The notes under the pieces: generated by a model
Database searches by the model: none
Told to the model about the DNA's origin: nothing
Seen by the model: the letters and a program-made list of their open reading frames with translations, nothing else
Position numbers and translations under genes: made by a program
NCBI GenBank assembly: GCA_030550775.1
Contig: JAUQOS010000005.1
Location: forward strand, 1-52,265
Source: Armatimonadota bacterium
GTDB taxonomy: Bacteria > Armatimonadota > Fimbriimonadia > Fimbriimonadales > GBS-DC
Direction: 5' to 3'
Length of the DNA stretch: 52,265 nucleotides
Part shown: positions 48,079 to 52,265 of the stretch, piece after piece
Position numbering within the stretch: position 1 is the first letter of the stretch
Layout: each line of letters opens with the position of its first letter

Positions 48079-48831
48079 TCAGTGTGCGTGGGCGTGCTCT
48101 TCGTGGTGGTGCGCATGTTCCGTCACTAACGCCAAGTAAATCAAGGTCAACAGCGAAAACACAAATGCCTGCACAAATGCCACCAGCACGCCCAACAACA
48201 GTACAGGGAACTGGATTGGCAACGGAATGTATGCCGCTTTGAACAGGGGCACCGCCAGTGCAGTAATCAGCGCCATCGCCACCTGCTCTTTACCAAACAT
48301 GTTGGCATACAAACGAATCGAGAGCGACACGGGCTTCGCTAACTCGCTCACCACCTCTATAATAAACATCAACGGCGCGATAAACACAGGCACCTCGCCC
48401 CATCGCGCAAAGTGCTTGAAGTAGCCCACGATACCGTTAGCACGGATACTCTCGTACTGCACATAGACGATTACAATCAGTGCGAGGGCGATTGTGGTGT
48501 TGAGGCTGGCGGTAGGCGCGATGCCTGGCGGTATCAAACCAAGCAAGTTGGAAAACAGAATAAACAGGAAAATCGTGCCTGCCAACGGCACATATTTGCG
48601 CCCGTGCGGACCCACCAAGCTAACCGCTAAGTTGTCGAAAAATTCATAAATAATCTCGGCAAGGTTTTGTAAGCGCCCCGGACGCTTTTGCATGTTGTGC
48701 GTGGCAGCAAAGGCAAATATCAGAAGGGCCACCGCCGCAATCAAGGAGAACACAGAAAAAACGGGCGGCGGAATGCTTGCGGCAACACCCGTTTGCGTCA
48801 GAAGCCCGACCAATTCCAGTCCTTTGTTCAC
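48079..48831 (-). CDS. atpB: ATP synthase a subunit
   Basis: PGRLQN..E, NLLGLIP, PTA.LN, PVSLSIRLYANM, QAFVF.LL. Confidence 0.96.
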   Translation of the reverse strand: MNKGLELVGLLTQTGVAASIPPPVFSVFSLIAAVALLIFAFAATHNMQKRPGRLQNLAEIIYEFFDNLAVSLVGPHGRKYVPLAGTIFLFILFSNLLGLIPPGIAPTASLNTTIALALIVIVYVQYESIRANGIVGYFKHFARWGEVPVFIAPLMFIIEVVSELAKPVSLSIRLYANMFGKEQVAMALITALAVPLFKAAYIPLPIQFPVLLLGVLVAFVQAFVFSLLTLIYLALVTEHAHHHEEHAHAH

Positions 48832-48872
48832 CGTTGTGCGTCTCCTTCGCGAACCTTAACCGAGCGGTAATG

Positions 48873-48921
48873 ATTATACCCCCTGCCGTGCCTGCGCGTC
48901 AAGGGGGCGTGTGGTATACTC
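48873..48921. promoter_or_regulatory. Divergent promoters for the atp operon and the dockerin protein gene
   Basis: Minus strand TTGACG-N18-TATAAT (48902-48873); plus strand TGTGGTATACT ending at 48921. Confidence 0.65.
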
Positions 48922-48948
48922 GGAAGTGTTGAGAAAGGAGACGAGGCG

Positions 48949-50229
48949 ATGAAACGCGTTTATGGCGTTTTGGGCGCAGTTGCGGTTGCGCTGCTAAGTG
49001 CAAGCGCACAAGTGCGATTCACTCACCTCAAAAGCGTAGACCTGTCCAGCTACTTCAACGGGCAAGCCTTGGGAAGCGTCGCTTCGGATGTGGCGTTCGA
49101 CGGCAGCAACCTCTACATCGCGGGCTATTCCAACGCGGCACAACCTGCTTCGGTGGGCGTGTTGAAAATCTCCAATGTGCTGTCGCTGGATGTGAATAGT
49201 TGGGGCTACACACCCCTTATTACCCTTACTCAAGCCGCGCAGAGCCGCGTGAGCAGCCTTGTGTACCACAATGGTTTTCTTTATCTGGGCACAGGGCTGG
49301 GCGACACCAGCAATCAAGCCGCAAACACAGGAATCCGCAAGTTCGACGCAATCACAGGCACCCAAGTAAGTGACTGGAACAGTACGGGCGTCGTGCTTCC
49401 CAGCGACTTGAGCAACTCGTCGCGTGCCGATAGCTTGGAGATTGACCCTGGCTTTGTGAACGACCCGAACCGTACGCCTTCGTTGGGCATCGTGGCGTTT
49501 GGGCGCGGCATTGTGTTCCGCCGCGACTTCGGCACAGGGGTGGCGCTGCCTAATATGTTGGCAGTGCCGTCACGCGACTGTCAGGGCGGCTCAGTGACTA
49601 CCGAAATGCGCGACCTTGCCTTCTCGCCTGAAGGTGATGTCTATCTGCGCTTGGCAAACAGCATCTTCTACGCCCCGCGCACAGGCGCAAACACCGTAGA
49701 GAACAACCGCGCTTGCCGCATCGCCGATTTCAGCCCTGATCCTACGAACCAAGTCTCGGTCAACCTCCACTACTTGCGCGTGGGCAACCAGAGCTTCTTG
49801 GTGTATAACCGCCGCGATCCGAACAACCGTCAGGGCTATGCGCGCGTGTTCATCGTCACAGGCGCAGGAGCCAACTGGGACTTTGCCAACCCCTATGCCG
49901 TGCTCACAGGCAACGAACCCCTACCCAACGGCAGTATCCCCGCTGAATACAACTTCGACATTTTCAACTTCACCAGCGGCGTGGGCACCGACCCATCTAA
50001 GGGCGATGTGAACTTGGACGGCGTGGTCGACGATGCAGACCTTCTCGCTATCCTGTTTGAGTTCGGCACCAGCAATGCGGCGGTGGATACGAACAGCGAT
50101 GGCGTGGTGGACGATGCTGATCTGCTAACTGTGCTGTTTAACTTCGGCACCAGCCCGCAGTCGCTCTACCTGTTCGTGGTGCACAGCAGCATCGGTACCG
50201 ATCGGCTGGACATCTATCGGGTGGACTAA
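48949..50229 (+). CDS. Secreted beta-propeller-like protein with internal dockerin-like domain
   Basis: Signal peptide ..ASAQ; blades such as SDVAFDGSNLYIAG and DLAFSPEGDVY; duplicated DxNxDGVVDDADLL..LF.FG followed by 26 more residues. Confidence 0.82.
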   Translation: MKRVYGVLGAVAVALLSASAQVRFTHLKSVDLSSYFNGQALGSVASDVAFDGSNLYIAGYSNAAQPASVGVLKISNVLSLDVNSWGYTPLITLTQAAQSRVSSLVYHNGFLYLGTGLGDTSNQAANTGIRKFDAITGTQVSDWNSTGVVLPSDLSNSSRADSLEIDPGFVNDPNRTPSLGIVAFGRGIVFRRDFGTGVALPNMLAVPSRDCQGGSVTTEMRDLAFSPEGDVYLRLANSIFYAPRTGANTVENNRACRIADFSPDPTNQVSVNLHYLRVGNQSFLVYNRRDPNNRQGYARVFIVTGAGANWDFANPYAVLTGNEPLPNGSIPAEYNFDIFNFTSGVGTDPSKGDVNLDGVVDDADLLAILFEFGTSNAAVDTNSDGVVDDADLLTVLFNFGTSPQSLYLFVVHSSIGTDRLDIYRVD

Positions 50230-50285
50230 GCATGGGGTTGCGGAGCCCCGCGTCTGCGTGCTATGCCGGTAACTGAGGATGCATG

Positions 50286-50324
50286 GCGTCGGTGTCTTGG
50301 AAGCCCTTGGCGAGACACCGACGC
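50286..50324 (+). terminator. Hairpin (possible terminator; arms resemble GTAG-REP)
   Basis: GCGTCGGTGTCT..AGACACCGACGC then TATATTT. Confidence 0.45.
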
Positions 50325-50402
50325 TATATTTCCAGTTCTCGCAGTTTTTGCCCCGTTGCTGGTGGAGAGTTTCGCGCATGCACCTGTGGTATAATCCTAA
50401 TC

Positions 50403-51119
50403 GTGCGCTTCTGGAAGTTGCGCAAAGAGGTAGGGGTTCACCTGCCCATTCGGAATAAGCAGTTGGCGATTCAAGCCCTCACGCATCGCTCGCACACAGA
50501 AGGCGAACTGTTGGCAAGCAATGAACGGTTGGAGCTGTTGGGCGATGCTGTGTTGGGCTTGATTATTGCCGAGTACCTGTACCAGCGCTATCCGAACTGG
50601 GATCAGGGACAGCTCTCGAAGGCGCGGGCGGGCATTGTGCGCGCGGCGGTGCTGTGCGAGGCTGCCAAGCGTGCAGGAATTGCCCAGTTGCTCCGCCTCA
50701 GCCCTGCCGAAGAGGCGTCGGGGGGACGGGAACGCCCATCAATTCTCAGCGACGCTTTCGAAGCTGTGCTGGGCGCGATTTATCTGGATTCGGGCTACAA
50801 AGCTGCGCGCGACTTCGCCCTGCAATACCTCAAGCCCGAGCTGGACGCCTTAGCGGCAGGCGAAATGCCCATTCAGGACTATAAGTCGCAACTTCAAGAG
50901 CGCACGCAGGCGTGGTGGCGCATTACACCCGTTTACGAAGTGGTTGAGGAAATGGGCACGCCCCACAAGAAGACCTTCGTGGTGCAAGTGAAGCTGCGCG
51001 ATGTGGTGGCGGGGCGCGGCGTCGGCTCCAGCAAAAAACAAGCCGAGCAAAACGCCGCCGCCGACGCCCTCAAGTTCACCGAACAAAACAGGAGGCAACT
51101 CGATGAAACCTTTGGCTGA
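50403..51119 (+). CDS. rnc: Ribonuclease III
   Basis: ALTHRS, NERLELLGDAVL, DAFEAVLGAIYLDSG, DYKSQLQE, SKKQAEQ.AA; GTG 7 nt after TGTGGTATAAT. Confidence 0.95.
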   Translation: MRFWKLRKEVGVHLPIRNKQLAIQALTHRSHTEGELLASNERLELLGDAVLGLIIAEYLYQRYPNWDQGQLSKARAGIVRAAVLCEAAKRAGIAQLLRLSPAEEASGGRERPSILSDAFEAVLGAIYLDSGYKAARDFALQYLKPELDALAAGEMPIQDYKSQLQERTQAWWRITPVYEVVEEMGTPHKKTFVVQVKLRDVVAGRGVGSSKKQAEQNAAADALKFTEQNRRQLDETFG

Positions 51120-51909
51120 GATTGGTGTGTTCGGAGGCTCTGGGTTCTACTCGTTTCTGGATAAGGTGGAGGAAGTTAAGATTGATACACCCTACGGTCC
51201 CCCCAGTGACCTGATTGCGATTGGCGAGGTGCACGGGCGGCGCGTGGCGTTTCTACCACGACACGGACGCAAACATACCATTCCACCGCACAAAATCAAC
51301 TATCGTGCCAACCTGTGGGCAATGAAAGAGCTAGGCGTGCAAGCCATCATTAGTCCATGCGCGGCAGGCAGCCTGCAACGCCATGTGAAGCCCGGCGACT
51401 TCGTGGTGGCCGACCAGTATGTTGACCGCACGCACGGGCGCGCCGATACCTTCTACGAGGGTCCCACGGTGCACCATGTGTCGCCTGCAGAGCCATATTG
51501 CCCTGTGCTGCGCCAAATCGCCATTGAGGAAATCCGCTCTCATGGCATACCCGTGCATGAGCGCGGCACCATCGTGGTCATCAACGGGCCACGCTTCTCC
51601 ACTAAAGCCGAAAGTAAGTGGTTTACTTCTATGGGCTGGGAGGTCATCAACATGACGCAGTATCCCGAAGCCTACCTCGCGCTTGAGTTGGCGATTCCAG
51701 TGGTGAACATCTCGCTAATCACCGACTACGACAGCGGTTTGGTGGCAGAGGGCGAGGTACAGCCCGTAACGGCGGAGGAAGTGATGCGCGTGTTCCACCA
51801 GAACGCCGAGCGTATCCGCAAGGTGATTTTCGGAATGATCGCCAAAATCCCGCGCGAGTTTGATAGCCCCATCCGCCACGCGCTGGATTACGCGAAGGTG
51901 ATTGTATAA
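51103..51909 (+). CDS. mtnP: S-methyl-5'-thioadenosine phosphorylase
   Basis: IGVFGGSGFY, TPYG.PS, FLPRHG..H..PPH.INYRAN, GPRFSTKAES, NMT..PE, TDYD. Confidence 0.94.
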   Translation: MKPLAEIGVFGGSGFYSFLDKVEEVKIDTPYGPPSDLIAIGEVHGRRVAFLPRHGRKHTIPPHKINYRANLWAMKELGVQAIISPCAAGSLQRHVKPGDFVVADQYVDRTHGRADTFYEGPTVHHVSPAEPYCPVLRQIAIEEIRSHGIPVHERGTIVVINGPRFSTKAESKWFTSMGWEVINMTQYPEAYLALELAIPVVNISLITDYDSGLVAEGEVQPVTAEEVMRVFHQNAERIRKVIFGMIAKIPREFDSPIRHALDYAKVIV

Positions 51910-51932
51910 AGCGGGCGCGTCTGCATCGCCTC

Positions 51933-51962
51933 TTGACAACTGGGGCGTGCGTGTGGTATAAA
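51933..51962 (+). promoter_or_regulatory. tRNA promoter
   Basis: TTGACA-N18-TATAAA with TGTGG extension. Confidence 0.7.
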
Positions 51963-51977
51963 TTACATGCCGAACGC

Positions 51978-52053
51978 TCCTGGGTAGCTCAATGGGCAGA
52001 GCGGGTGGCTGTTAACCACCAGGTTGCAGGTTCGAGTCCTGCCCCAGGAGCCA
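51978..52053 (+). tRNA. tRNA-Asn (GTT)
   Basis: TCCTGGG/CCCAGGA acceptor stem, TAGCTCAATGG D-arm, anticodon GTT at 52011-52013, GTTCGAG T-loop, encoded CCA. Confidence 0.97.
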
Positions 52054-52083
52054 TTTTTTTTTAGCCCAAGTGGCTATCTTGGT

Positions 52084-52156
52084 GAGGTTCCTTGCCCTCG
52101 GCTCGGGATGACAAGTATTGGTAGGAGCCAAGTCGTTTGTCACTCCGAGCGAAACG
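52084..52156. repeat. REP doublet (GAGATTCCTCGCC family)
   Basis: GAGGTTCCTTGCCCTCGGCTCGGGATGACA ... TGTCACTCCGAGCGAAACG. Confidence 0.75.
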
Positions 52157-52214
52157 ACTGACAAGGGTACAGGGCTACCTCAACCGCCAAAGCTGCTGCC
52201 TGCTTTTCTCCGAA

Positions 52215-52258
52215 CCCCCTCCTTGAGGTTCCCCCTACTGCGTAGGGGGAACCGAGCA
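52215..52258. repeat. GGTTCCCCCTAC..GTAGGGGGAACC palindrome
   Basis: Perfect 12-bp arms; same family as 29049-29127. Confidence 0.75.
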
Positions 52259-52265
52259 ATTCTTT

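Noticed and set aside
51978-52265. Integration site or prophage at tRNA-Asn
   Set aside because: No integrase and no duplicated tRNA 3' end seen in the window.

Overview
GC-rich bacterial chromosomal segment, most likely Armatimonadota (Fimbriimonadia-like). This is inferred from PEP-CTERM and 'LFNFG' dockerin-type C-terminal modules, a prepilin/H-X9-DG protein and a SARP-ATPase-TPR regulator. About 45 CDS are present. Housekeeping genes include def-fmt, folD, rel-dtd, rplU, sufD, prmA-rsmE, phr, ffh, atpBEFHAG, rnc, mtnP, tRNA-Asn and a probable 6S RNA. Accessory loci include secreted propeller proteins, a GH78 rhamnosidase and several regulators. Intergenic regions carry at least three REP-like palindrome families, two of them next to pseudogene remnants. 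The best candidate for an undescribed system is a three-gene membrane operon (19007-22401): an anchored vWA/MIDAS protein, a 4-TM coiled-coil protein and a YfaP-like/Gly-rich multi-TM protein. It shares an ECF-sigma-type promoter motif (AGGAACCC-N14-TCGTA) with an orphan prkA/yeaG gene. Also notable are a candidate sRNA antisense to a hidden 42-aa hydrophobic ORF, a degenerate MNT-type nucleotidyltransferase upstream of rel, a dockerin inserted inside a propeller, an HPD-less J-domain protein, a likely CTG start for fmt, and frequent leaderless-type starts. All family calls were made by eye from motifs; no searches were run.
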